From: Raillietiella orientalis
Lineage: Eukaryota
Direction of reading: 5' to 3'
Assembly: GCA_036172245.1 (NCBI GenBank)
Contig: JAYWIR010000054.1
Span: 124,001-188,000, forward strand
DNA length: 64,000 nucleotides
The notes under the pieces were generated by a model. It ran no database searches, was not told where the DNA came from, and saw only the letters and a list, made by a program, of their open reading frames with translations. Of the stretch, positions 13,150 through 23,960 are shown one piece after another (the first letter of the stretch is position 1; each line of letters starts with the position of its first letter). Made by a program: the position numbers and the translations under genes.

Positions 13150-14733
13150 TTCCTTTTAAGAAGGGAAAAAGGCTCGAAAATAATGTGGTTTGGAGGCCGA
13201 GAATGGCGGTCACCGATCGCACCATCATTCAAATGGCAGCCGACCTTTTCCAAAGGTTGTACTCTTCTGCCACAAAACCCAACAGTGGTTCATCCACAGA
13301 GCATATATTTTTTTGCGGCGCCCCATCTGAAATCGGGCTGTTTCCATAGATATCTGGAAATCGCATCTCCCGTACTACCACAATTCCGTCTGACCTCTTA
13401 CAATGGGAAATCTGAACTTTGCCAGCGGCCGCGCGTGATTCCAAACGTTGCGGGTTCGAATTCCCGTAAACCAAGAACGCAGAATCGACTCTTAGTCCAT
13501 TCCTGAATGGCGAGTTTCTCTTGCAGGGACGGGCTGACCTCTGGAACGCACTCATGGCTCCCCTCCTCCGGACCCTGCTGTTTGTTTGTTCCTCCCCCAT
13601 AGATATGAAAAAGCTGACCGAGGACTTTCCGCGAAAAACCTCTTGGGGCACGCAGCGGTCCTGGGTCTGCTTGAAGACTTGTGCTCTCCGAGTCGGAACG
13701 CCAGACTCTATGTTCTTATGCTAGAAGGATGGAGCATCAGCTCCACTGTAGAAGATTATCCCTAGCGGCGAAGTTCTGGACCACCCCCTGGTGCGTCCCG
13801 GCCAGACTCATGGCCAAACGAGCAACCGGCGCTGAGTCCCGTGCGTTCCCCGTGCATGACCCTCCGGGGTTGCCCCGATGCGGGTGCCAGCACCAGCAAA
13901 TGTTCTCCTTGGTCCAGGAGAACGGTGAATTTCCTGCGGCCTCCGCCAACCGTGGTTTACCGGAAACAACAGGAAATGGTTCAGGCGTGGATGGAAAGAA
14001 ACGGCACGAGCCCAGAGCAATCGCGATGACTCTCTGACCGTTGCAGGAAGCCATGGACTGCCCAAGGAAAACCACCTGGGCACTGAACACCCCACTTGCA
14101 GCCGGGCTGAACGCAATCCAACAAAGTGGAGATAGCGATGGTCTTGCGAGATGGGAGGCACCCCGTGAGATCGCAGGAAAGAAGCTGCTGGGATGCTGGA
14201 CGGCGCATTAACTGGCTGATACGCATGCACTCATACCGCCCTCCTCGAAGGAATTCTCCTCTGACTGCAACTTCTGGACATTCCTCCTGAAGAGGCAGAA
14301 ATATCCTCAGTATTTGTGGACAGCTCCACGTTTCCCCTGAAGTGGCGGGACTCGGAGTTGTGGACTGCTGCGTCGGGCCATCCCAGGCAACACACGCCTC
14401 CACCACTGGACAAGGGGGAGTGCAGCCGCAGATCGCACCAGGTGCGGGAAACGGGAAACTTCCCTGCACCGGATGTTTGATTATGTTGCCTTTCTGAGTG
14501 TCTAGGAACGCTTCGCCGTGACCCTCCCCACTCCCGATGGACAACGGCAGAGAGGTCTTGCGGCGCCTCTTCGCGCAAGACTCCATGTCGCCTGCAGCTT
14601 CTCTTGCAGCTCTGTGCTGCCTTCGTGGAATCCCAGCAGCGAAAAGCGACGACGAGACAGGCCAGTCGAACGGTGGGGTCTTTGCAATTGTCTGCATTTT
14701 CATGACGAAGGCGACAGGACGGCCACCTCCCTG
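13150..14733 (+). mobile_element. Decayed L1/Tx1-like LINE ORF2 3' part (family A)
   Basis: FQRLYSS linker (~13250); degenerate CCHC region (RLHHWT...RCGKRETSLH); C-terminal PAASLAALCCLRGI, which is shared with the copies at 16.6, 36.4 and 42.5 kb. Confidence 0.7.
13420..13540 (+). mobile_element. Fragment of the tRNA-headed retroposon (head only)
   Basis: B-box GGTTCGAATTC at 13453 and downstream CGAGTTTCTCTTGCAGG match 14765-14850. Confidence 0.55.
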
Positions 14734-15790
14734 CCCGCGTCGGAGGCCTTGTGGTTAAGGCTTCCGCGTGTGGCATCATGCGTCGCGGGTTCGAATACTT
14801 CGACAGAGACTCTGACGCCACTGCGTCGTCGGGTTCCGAGTTTCTCCTGCAATGGCGCTGGTTGGTCGAGACATTCGGGCGTGGCACCGGTGGTCGTTTA
14901 AGCAGGGAGGCCCATAATGAAGGCCGCAACAATGGGAGTTGACCTTCGGGTCCTCCCAGGAGTCAAGGAGTGGGGAGTTCCCCCTCCTATCGTGCAACGG
15001 AGAGCGGACCCCCCCACACCGGGGGACCCCTCCGGTTTCAAGATGGAGCAGGAGCCCTCATGCGCACCTCTCCAGTTGTTCAAAGGAACGGACCTTCCTA
15101 TTGGGGGTCCCTCCGAGTCGTCGCCTCTTCACAGAGTGTGCACAAGGAAGCAAGCGAGAGCGATTCCTCTGCGGGAAGCTGCAGCTCCCCTTCTGAATTT
15201 CGGAAGCGTCCCTTCGGGGTACTCTTCAGAGGAGTGAACGGGAGTGAACAGGAGCAGTTCCCTTGCGGGTTCCCTCCGGAGAAGAAATTCCTACTAGCGG
15301 ATCCTTTCCGGGTTCCCTTCGGAGAACATGAAATGGAGAGGACTGCTCTCCCCATGGAGGGGGTGTCCTTCCAGAGAGAATGAGGAAGGAGATTCCCTTC
15401 GGGGTTCCCTTCGGAGACAACCAGAGTGATAGGAACGGACTCCTAGCCCTTCCTGGATTCATAGGGCGGACCCCCATCCCGGGGTGCCACCTATCCTGAA
15501 GAATTACACTGAAGAATTACATGCCCCGCTGCAGGCTGCCGCGGGTGGAGGGGCGTGGAAACACAACAGTGTGCTAATGTTCAAAAAGAGCCACGAGGCA
15601 CGCGACCGGCTCTGAGGTACTTAGTGAACCAAAAAAAAGAAAACTCTTAAAAAAAAAAAAAAAAGCTGAAAGAAAAACAGCGAAGTCAGAAGAAAAAGAA
15701 AGAACTCAAGGATTCCCATCGTCCTAGGCCAATAGTAACGATCTCCTCGTGGGGGTCGCTACTGGCCTTTAATAAAAAAAAAAAAAAAAA
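14734..15790 (+). mobile_element. tRNA-headed non-autonomous retroposon (long SINE-like) with UUCG-hairpin array, copy A
   Basis: A-box-like GGCCTTGTGG(TTAAGG) at 14745; B-box GGTTCGAATAC at 14788; tandem TCCCTTCGGGGTTCCCTTCGGAGA units at ~15160-15450; hairpin 15726-15768; AATAAA plus poly(A) to 15790. Homologous copies occur elsewhere in the window. Confidence 0.75.
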
Positions 15791-16090
15791 GAGGAGGAAG
15801 TTGCCACCATGCTCCAGAGGATGCCGAGGATGCCAGCAAGAAATCTACGATCCCTTCCCTTCCATTCCCAGCACATTTTTAAACTGAACTTTTGTGTGTT
15901 TTTTTTTGTTTGCTTTCTTCTTTCCCTTCTCTCACCTTTCCTATGAGGACCTCATCGGAGGAGCTACTCATGAGAAGCAGCGCCTCCCAGGCATCTCCCT
16001 TCGTAGTGGTAATGTCAAGCCACTACGAAGGAAGACATTTTTATAATTCATGTAACTTTTTTTTTTTTTGTAAATATTTTTTTCAATAAA
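15791..16090 (+). mobile_element. Diverged 3' UTR of Tx1-like family A
   Basis: GAGGAGGAAGTTGCC...GGATGC...GATCCC matches the sequence following ORF2 in the 16.2-17.2, 36.5 and 42.3 kb copies. AATAAA at ~16085. Confidence 0.55.
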
Positions 16091-16117
16091 CTCTTTGGAG
16101 CGACTTAGTGAAAAATA

Positions 16118-16200
16118 AAGGATGAGGCCGAGAAATAGGTGCGTCGTGGGTTTCGAGTATCTCCCCATAAAGATGACGCTGGTCGTCCTGTTCCGGTGCG
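16118..16200 (+). mobile_element. Fragment of the tRNA-headed retroposon body
   Basis: GAGGCCGAGAAATAGGTGCGTCGTGGGTTTCGAG is nearly identical to 35350-35390 (minus) and similar to 45705-45735. Confidence 0.6.
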
Positions 16201-16229
16201 ACACTGCTTTGTCATCCGATTGCTCCGGG

Positions 16230-17200
16230 ACGTGTATTTATACAAAAAATAAACATACAGGTCAGTGGTAATACGCACGCATAAATATACTAAAAAGAAC
16301 CTCGCGAGTACCGGTACGCAGACCGGTGAGGTCCGCCTCGGCAGCATACGGGAAGAGAAGACAACAAAAAAGAAAACAAAAACAAAAAAAACATATATAC
16401 GGAAAAAATTGGGAGGGCTCGGAAAGGGATCAACGGGTGCTGGAGGCCGTCCTCTGCATCCTTGCAAGGATGCCGGCAAGTTCCTTCCTCAGGATGCCCA
16501 GATGGCTGTACTCATGAAGGGGACGGCAAAATGGATGGCACCCCTGTCGTTCTGGCCTCCACTGGCGTTGCTCCATGCAGTCACGGTCCCGCCGCGTGGG
16601 CAGCAAAGTGCTGCTGGGGATGCGGCCGCAAGAGGGCGTAGCGCAGGAAGAGGCGCTTCAGAACGTGTCTGGGGTTGCAGATAAGAAGGGACCCCAACCC
16701 CTTCATCCGCAGGGACGCAGCCATGCGCTCCCATAGAAAGCTGAGGACCACACAGTCCACGAGCAGGTGCGGGAGGGATTCTCTTTCCCCGCACCTGCTG
16801 CAGTTGGGGATCGCACTCTTCCGGGTCCAGTGGTGTCGGCGGGTGTTGCAAGGGAGGTCTCAATGCAACAGCAGGATCGCCGACTCCTGTCACTTTAAGG
16901 GGAGGACAGCACTGTTCCAGCACGCTGGGGGCCACTGCATTTCCTTGCAGCACTGGCAGAAGCCACATACCCACGTTTAGTGACCGGAATTGAAAGTCGA
17001 CTCTCCGGGGTCCTTCCAGGCATCAAGGAGCCTCAGGAGTCCGTCTCCGGTTGTGAAAATTAAGCCGCCCCCTCCTTGACAGGGAATCCCCACCGCGTGC
17101 CATGAAGAAAGTTCCTGGGAAAGTTCGCTCGCCAAAGCGGACTTCACCAGGGTCAGTCTTTGTTCGTTTTTCACGACTGCCGCCAGCAGTTACTCTGACA
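16230..17200 (-). mobile_element. L1/Tx1-like LINE 3' fragment (family A): CCHC tail plus 3' UTR
   Basis: RHHWT...PNCSRCGERESLPHLLVDC zinc knuckle, ASPAALCCPRG motif, and the conserved 3' UTR hairpins. Confidence 0.8.
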
Positions 17201-17561
17201 CGTAAGATGTCGCTTCCCAGTGACCGTACCTCTTCATGATTAGAACGTGTGTTTCGATCAATGGCCTGTTTCAGAACGCGTGACTTCTGGGAACGATCCA
17301 CGCTTGCGGTGTCCTTTTCCCAGGGTAATCCAAACAAGGAAAGAGGCTACCATTTGTAGTCTCTTTGTTTTTGTCTTGATGACATTCGGACTTGGTGGCT
17401 CCCTCTCATTAGGGAGAGGGTGCTCCTGCAGCACCTCCTGTTCTGCTGCGGGCGTAATGAAAGTCTTCGCTAAAAGAGTAGCCTCCTGTGCACTGAAACA
17501 TCAAGGTCAACCGCAGGGAGTCGGAACTCAATCGAACGAGCCTCTTTCACCGAGGTGGACC

Positions 17562-17640
17562 GCGAGTGACCTAGTTGAAAAGGCACGGGTGGATGAGATC
17601 GCGCGATCTGGGATGGTCAGCGAGTGACCTAGTTGAAAAG
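17562..17640. repeat. Exact 21-bp direct repeat pair separated by 37 bp
   Basis: GCGAGTGACCTAGTTGAAAAG at 17562-17582 and 17620-17640. Confidence 0.9.
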
Positions 17641-17989
17641 AGACGCGATCATGCCCAGCATGGGCGTGATCACGGAAGTCCAAAGCGTTCGATCTTTTCG
17701 AGGTCTGAAGCACCGATCCCTGTCTTCAGAGAGGTCTAAGCTCCTGAAGAAGACAACATTGAGCTCTGGAGAAGGCAAAGTCTTCGCATCCAGATGAATC
17801 TGAGTCCGAGGAAATGCGACTGCCATCTACGGGCTTGTTTTACTTTGCTATATTGATGGATTGCTTTCTTTCTTCTTGTTTTTATGCCATGAGTCATGCT
17901 TTCTACGCGCTACAGTAGACCTAGAGACACCTGTACACGATGAGCAACGAGATGCAGCCTAGAGTGCAGTTTTGGTGCATAGCCGTAAT

Positions 17990-20720
17990 TTTTTTTTTTT
18001 TTTTTTAATATGGCTTGATATCTGATGACGCCGTGCTGCTCCACTTTCTCTTTTTTTCAAAAGTCTTTGTGCCGCGATCTTCTCCGCAGTGACGGATGCA
18101 GCTGTGCTCCCTTTTCCCCTTCCTTTCTTCGACGAGTGCCAGCTCTCCTGAGGAGAACCTCGGAGACAACCACCAATGAGGTGCTTTGATTCGCCTTCCT
18201 CGACTTGTTATTTGAGTTTGGGGATGCAGTTAAGCAGGATCACACTTTTTATTCTTCACAGTCTTTTTTTTTCTTCACCCGGGGAGCTCGCTGTTCCTAC
18301 TTCTCTTTGTCAACACACCGTTCTCCGGCTTTCTTGTGAGAGCGGGTCGTTGATTTTTTCGTGTTGTAAAGAGGCTTCGGTCTCTTCCGGGATTCTCCCT
18401 ATTATGTGGCTCCAAAGTCCCGAGTGTATCGGATACACGAGGCCACCACGTGGTGCCTCATCTCTCCGAGAACTCGCTAAGTACTCCAAAGTCGTGCAGC
18501 ATCGCATCGTTCTCTGGTTGCGAGCGGACCTACAATGAAGGCATGCACTCCGCAATGTTTCCCGTCAGCTGTAGGACCACTTCTTGATTTTCTCCCCATC
18601 TGCTTCTTCCAGTAGAGCTGAATGTTTCTTCTCTGCTCTCCAGCGGGCAGCAGACGTTCAGGGACACTATCGATTGTCTTTCTGAAAAATCAAGTCGGGA
18701 CTTAAGGGGGAATCCACCCTGGAACACCCTTCCAGTTTGTTAAGACCATGGTCCCCTTCATCGTATTTACTGCAGAGTTCTTCATCCTCCTCAATATCGC
18801 AGCGAACAGACGAGAGTGCCTCTTTCAGAGTTTCACGGTATGAGGCAGCATCTTGTCCCACACCTTACGGTGCCGACATGAGCGATCCACTTCCTTCCTC
18901 TTGGCCTCCTCTGATGGGTAGAAGGTTGGATCGAGTCGGGTGGATGGGTGCATAGTCTGGGAACTGGAATAAAGTCCCCGGTTGTGAGAAAGTAGCTTGA
19001 TGCCCGGTGCGGTCTCACACACTGCACACTGGTCCAGGTGCTCTTTGATCAGGGCTTGCCAAGCGTGCTCTCTTTTCGCTGCCCTCACGCCGGAGGCAAA
19101 CTTTCTTCTCGTGCTGCTGTTATGGGTGACATCATCGATCGTAGTTCTTAGCTGTCGACCAATGAATTCCCAGCGGCTTCACTTCTTCTCGAAGATATTC
19201 TTCCTTTCGGTCCACAAACCCCCAGTATCTCCGCTGGTCCTTGAAAATTTTCCGTAGCAACTGCTGTTCGAGATCCTTTTCCGAAAGTGGTTCGAGTGGA
19301 CCACTTCTCAGAGAGTCTGCCGGATCAATCTGAGAGTAATCTGAGACAGTTGTCCAAGGTGAACGCATGTGATTCATCGTCCAGCTCCATTAGTCCCTTG
19401 CAGCCCTTTTTTCCTCTCTCCATACAGTCACTCGTGGGCTGCCCGGGCCCGGAGACGCAGGACTTTTCTTACCTCCCATCGACCTTCCTGGTCTCTGTGT
19501 TGCCATTCTTTGGATGCGTTGCTAGCCTTGCATGGTGGATAAGACCGGAAAAGAAGAAAAGTCTTGAGAGCTCCATCCTTTGCCATGATGAAAGGCTACC
19601 GTCCAGAATGCAGTTCGCTTCCTGGCAGATTCCTTCCTTTGACGGATGGTACTCGAAGATTTCGATTTCAAAGGGTCTTCCCAGGTATTTGTAAGCCTCT
19701 GCTAAGGTGATGAGGGAAATTCTCTTGTTTTTCACTATGCTTTCAACTTCCTTGAATCCTCTGCGAGTTTTGCCTCTGAGGCGAAGCGAGGCGCACTTCG
19801 CTGCGTTGATGGATAGGCCTGCACGCTCCGTCAAGTTTTCAGAGTGGACCATTCCTTGCCTTTAGTTCCTACTCTTCCTTGGCTAGGACGACGACGTCAT
19901 CTGCGTATTCCGAAACCATGTCCTCCCCATAACTCTTCCTCATGGCGCGGAACACTGGCTTCGTAGCCATAATGAATAGGAGTGGTCTCAGTGCACAGCC
20001 TTGTTTCACCCACAGAGAGAAAGTCCTCGTTGTCGTTGACTCCAACTGCGTGTAGGTGGAGCTCTCGGAGCAAATACCCTCTACGTAGTCCTTGCCTGCC
20101 CAAGCCTCCTCTACTGTCCCCGAAATCATCTCACGAGACACCGTCCCAAAGGCTTTTGCAAAGTCTCTAAAGACGGCGGGGACGGCCCGGGAACAGCGGC
20201 GAGCAGAGTCGAGTCTCGTCGGGAGAGCAAAGTTCTGTTCAAGCACTCTATCGAAGGGCAAGAGGCCCTTCTGCTGAGCTCCATTCTCCAGAATCTCCAG
20301 TTCCTCAGCGTATAGCCCGTATGTACCTTTGCTGACGGAGATTGATCTCCTGTTGGAGGCGTCTTCTGCCGCGGCAGAGCCTTTTGGAATGAGCGCAGTT
20401 CTGGTGCATTTCCAGTCCTCCGGGATCCGACGAAGCCGCGGCACTCCAGAGCCGCCGCTGATCTTCTTCTCCGCCGAGTTCTCTCTGGGTTCTTCCTGGA
20501 TGTGCACAGTTTGCTTGAGGAACGCGCCATGTCTGAAGGACATCTCCAGCTCACAGACAAACGATTCTTAATCAGCTTTCAGCATAATCTTCTTGCACGA
20601 GACCATCCAGAAGGAGCCAAGGCCAACATTCAAATTCTGCAATAAGAACGGAAATCTCTTGAAACAGTGCGCCTTCTGTGGGTAAAAGGTCGAACATGCG
20701 CAACTACGTGATTGGCCCCA
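17990..20720 (-). mobile_element. Decayed R2-group (NeSL/Utopia-like) non-LTR retrotransposon: RT + CCHC + restriction-like endonuclease
   Basis: Motifs in the expected order: IPEDWKCTRTALIPK, QKGL, DFAKAFGTV, VKQGCAL, YADD, GLSINAAKC, YKYLG, LSSWQR, RSNLLP, degenerate CxxC..LPH, PDLI, NVCCPLE (DVTxPFE-like), PEND. Many stops and frameshifts. Possible poly(A) at 17990-18006. Confidence 0.88.
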
Positions 20721-20989
20721 ACTGGAAGAGTCGCGAAAGGCAAGGCAAATAGATAAAGAGTAGCAGCTTGAACTTTTCCCAGCAAGCGCACATAGGCTCC
20801 TCTCTTGAGAACATGGAGATGAAGGCTCTTACCCGAATTTTTATTGCCAAGGGATTTATTTAGAAGAAATAAACAAACAAATTGGGAACTTAGTTCCTAA
20901 ATAGGACAAAAACAACGGAAAGGAAGTCCAAGAGATGGTTCGCCGACAGATAGGTCGGTTATAAGGGAGGGAAGGGTACAGCCACTGAA

Positions 20990-21250
20990 TAAATTAAGGG
21001 TGCATGTGGACAGCGGTCTTTGTTAGTACCTGGTCCTTTTTGCTCAGTACCGGCGCGGAACGAGGGCGATCTCCGACTTGACTTCCTCTTCCAAGTGACC
21101 ACCTCGCAGCCATCCACGTGGAGACCGACTGCCACGCGATTGGCCTTCCTAGGCCGCGCCCGAGACTAGCAGATGGCGGGCTGTGACGACGGAGTGGATG
21201 CGACATCTGGTTGAGGGCGCCTGACGAGAGTCCTCTGAGCGCGAAGAATG
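20990..21250 (-). mobile_element. L1/Tx1-like LINE RT-thumb fragment (family B)
   Basis: VGDRPRSAPVLSKKDQVLTKTAV is homologous to 21950-22180, 44760-44860 and 57760-57860. Confidence 0.7.
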
Positions 21251-21439
21251 ATGTGTGTTAGAAGCGTTTGCGAGGGTAGCTCATGCTCTTCCAAGGATCC
21301 CTACCCCTTACAAGAAAAAAAAGAGGGCCGTCGAATCCCCAAATATTACGACCGCGCACGTTTCAACATCTCGCGAAGACCGGAGAGAGAACGTGAGGGC
21401 AATCGACGCAGCTACCCTTAAATAGAAACCGACCCATCC

Positions 21440-23180
21440 TCTGAGAACATGAACCCGGGACAGTTCCGAGGGGCCCTTTGCATCTTCTGGTGCCGGCCAT
21501 GAAACGCCCAACTCCTCACGTCGCAATGATGAACAAAGTCCGGTGGCCACACTGCGACCCACGCGGTATGGAGCCCCGCAGTCATAAGAACAGAGGTGGA
21601 GAGACCACGGTCTCAAGCAACATCCGCTTTCCTGGCCTACAGGGGAAATGCATGGACTCTTCACACTGCTATACAGGGGTCGCTCGTACCACCCCTTTTC
21701 CTACTCATGCAACGATGCTCAGGAGTGCCAAGTGCAACCGTGCTTTGATACCCAGAAGTGCGGCTCTTCATTCTTACTCGAAAGCAGCAGTTTTCCACTA
21801 GGTCACGCCGAATGGGTTTATTTGCCATGAAGAAAGGAACATGTGGGGAACCGGGTTCCCCAAACGAAAACAAGAGAACAAATTCCAAGAGAAAGGTTCA
21901 CCGACACGCAAGTTGGCGCTGGATCAGTCCGAAACGGGAGGGAACAGTAACTAAATAAAGGAAGGGAGGATGAGGACAGGGGACTTTGGTAGTATGCGCT
22001 CCTTTTCACTCAGTACCGGCGCGGAACGCCGGAGATCTCCGACTCGAATTCCTCTTCCAGGCGAGTCCACCTCGCAGCTGTCCTCACGCGGGCGGCCTTC
22101 CTTCGCCGCGTCCGAGACTTCAGCAAGTGGCGGGCTGTGACGACGTAAGGGATGCTTCATAGCCTTGAGATCACCTGATGGCACTGATGCTCGAAGAATG
22201 GCCTCAGCAAGTCCATGGCGGTGTCATCGGGATGCAATGGCACCGGAGGCAGCCTTCGCCCCAGATCCTAAAGAGCACCTCAAACAAGTTTGGGGACGTA
22301 GCTCTTCTGGGAACGAGGTGCCAGCTCGGACTGCACTAGAAAGCCTAGTGCAGAAACAGAAGCACATCCTGTTTCCACCTCAAGGGGAACATCGAACTTC
22401 TCATGCTCAAGAAAGGGACCACAAGTTCTTCGGGGACCACACACTAAGAAGATCGCTCTACCGAAACTGTCCGTTCGGCGGCGAATGCGGAGTGGCGGTG
22501 TCCATCAGCTCAGGCGCCTTCCAGCCGCCAAGGAGTTCGGCCATTTCTGCAGTGCTGCACTCCCACTCCTCCGGCAGGCAACTGTCATTGCTTGCCCGTA
22601 GGGCATACAGCTCTGCAAGCCCCCCGTAGCGAAAAGGTTGCAGTTTCGTATCTCCTACGCGGGTGACCAATCATTGCAAATAGTCTTCATGTTCGAATCC
22701 CCCTCAGCATGGGAAGTTCCTCAAGATGTCGGTTGCATGCGAATGCCATCCGGAATCGCAGCTGGATTTGCTTTCCCCATGTCCACAGCAGCACTGAAGC
22801 ATGCCAATACTCCAGTTACGAGGCTGCCACGGTGTCTGCCGCGTGAAATCTCTTTCCTAAGGTCTGATCTGGTGTTGAGAAGTCTGCCATTTCAAAGCAG
22901 CTCAGTGGGCTGGAAGACTTCAGGGGAAGCAAGGTACTGGAGTCCCAAAAAGTAGTCTGTACTCGCTATAGGAGTACTCGCTCTCGGTGCGAGCCATCAT
23001 TCCTGTGTACCCAAGCAACGACAAGGTGCTGAGACTCAACAGGAAATCAAAGGAAAGCGAGCCGGGAACCTCAAGAGGGAGGTGGTACGCAGACAGCATC
23101 CAACGCTCCCGGGAGATGCGTTCGAGCCACCGCAGGAGAACAGCAGACGGACGAAAGAATTCTAAGCCACCACTGCTGGA
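21440..23180 (-). mobile_element. L1/Tx1-like LINE RT fragment (family B)
   Basis: Degenerate RNW-SIGML, NGQ, KQ(G)C..SAL.F, LSEKERILPKSPVL (LSxxGRxxLxKxVL-like) and EELGV (GGLG-like). Nucleotide homology to 44.2-45.2 and 57.3-58.0 kb. Confidence 0.75.
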
Positions 23181-23499
23181 ATAGTGAGGCTGTTCAAACT
23201 TTGGAAAGTGGGGTAAATTTTCCCCTGGGGGTTCCGTGGACTGCCTATCGGGATGGTTATTTTTTTTTTTTTTTTTACACGATAGTGTTATGACAGCAAC
23301 GCACGACACGATGAACCCCGATTTCGCCGTGAGGTTTCGCGTCACCAGCAAGCACAGGGGTGCCAGGTGTACTTGCTAGTCCCACCGAGTCCTATCGCTA
23401 GAGGACAAATGCAGTTCAGCCATCCCTCCTGGACGGCGGTATCCATTTGAGAAGGCAGTAAGGGGTAAAGAAAGAAAACAAGCAGACCAACAGATGAAG

Positions 23500-23960
23500 A
23501 TTTGGAAAGCCTTGACTTCTCCTCCCCCTGACATGGTCCGATTCGCTCGTGCATACCAATGTGAGCGGAGTTCACGAGGGAGAGAGCAGATCGCCCGCGC
23601 CGAAGTTGCGTGCTGCAGGACGACACACACCGCAGAAGGCTCTTAATTATCTGGTGTGCCGTGCTCGTCTCATGGGCAGCAGGCAGGACGGTTCGGAGAA
23701 CCCAGTCAAAGAGGCGGCTCAGAAACGGTGGGAGCTGGCGTTTCTGGCAACCGACTTGATCCGGGTCTCTTCGAAGGATGGGCGTCGGCCGTACGAGAAA
23801 GGAGACAAAAAAAAGAGATTCGACTTTTCCTCCTCTTCACTTCCAGGAGAGCACCGGTGTCCATCGGACTTTGCTCATCATAACGATGTGAGGAGCTGGA
23901 CTTTCCGTGGCCTGCGCCCGGGGGTTCAAACTGCCCCTTGGGACTTTCTTTAGTTCTCCT
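23500..23960 (+). mobile_element. LINE AP-endonuclease C-terminal fragment
   Basis: NRLD (SRLD-like) at ~23750 followed by SDFAH (SDH-like) at ~23865. Confidence 0.35.

Noticed and set aside
14734..14805. Functional tRNA gene
   Set aside because: A and B boxes are present, but acceptor and anticodon stems do not pair and there is no T-run terminator; treated as a SINE-like head.
15496..15521. 13-bp tandem duplication CTGAAGAATTACA as a TSD or element end
   Set aside because: Lies inside copy A and is single in copy B; a simple slippage duplication.
17562..17640. CRISPR array (repeat ending GAAAAG, 37-nt spacer)
   Set aside because: Only two repeats, no cas genes, eukaryotic context.
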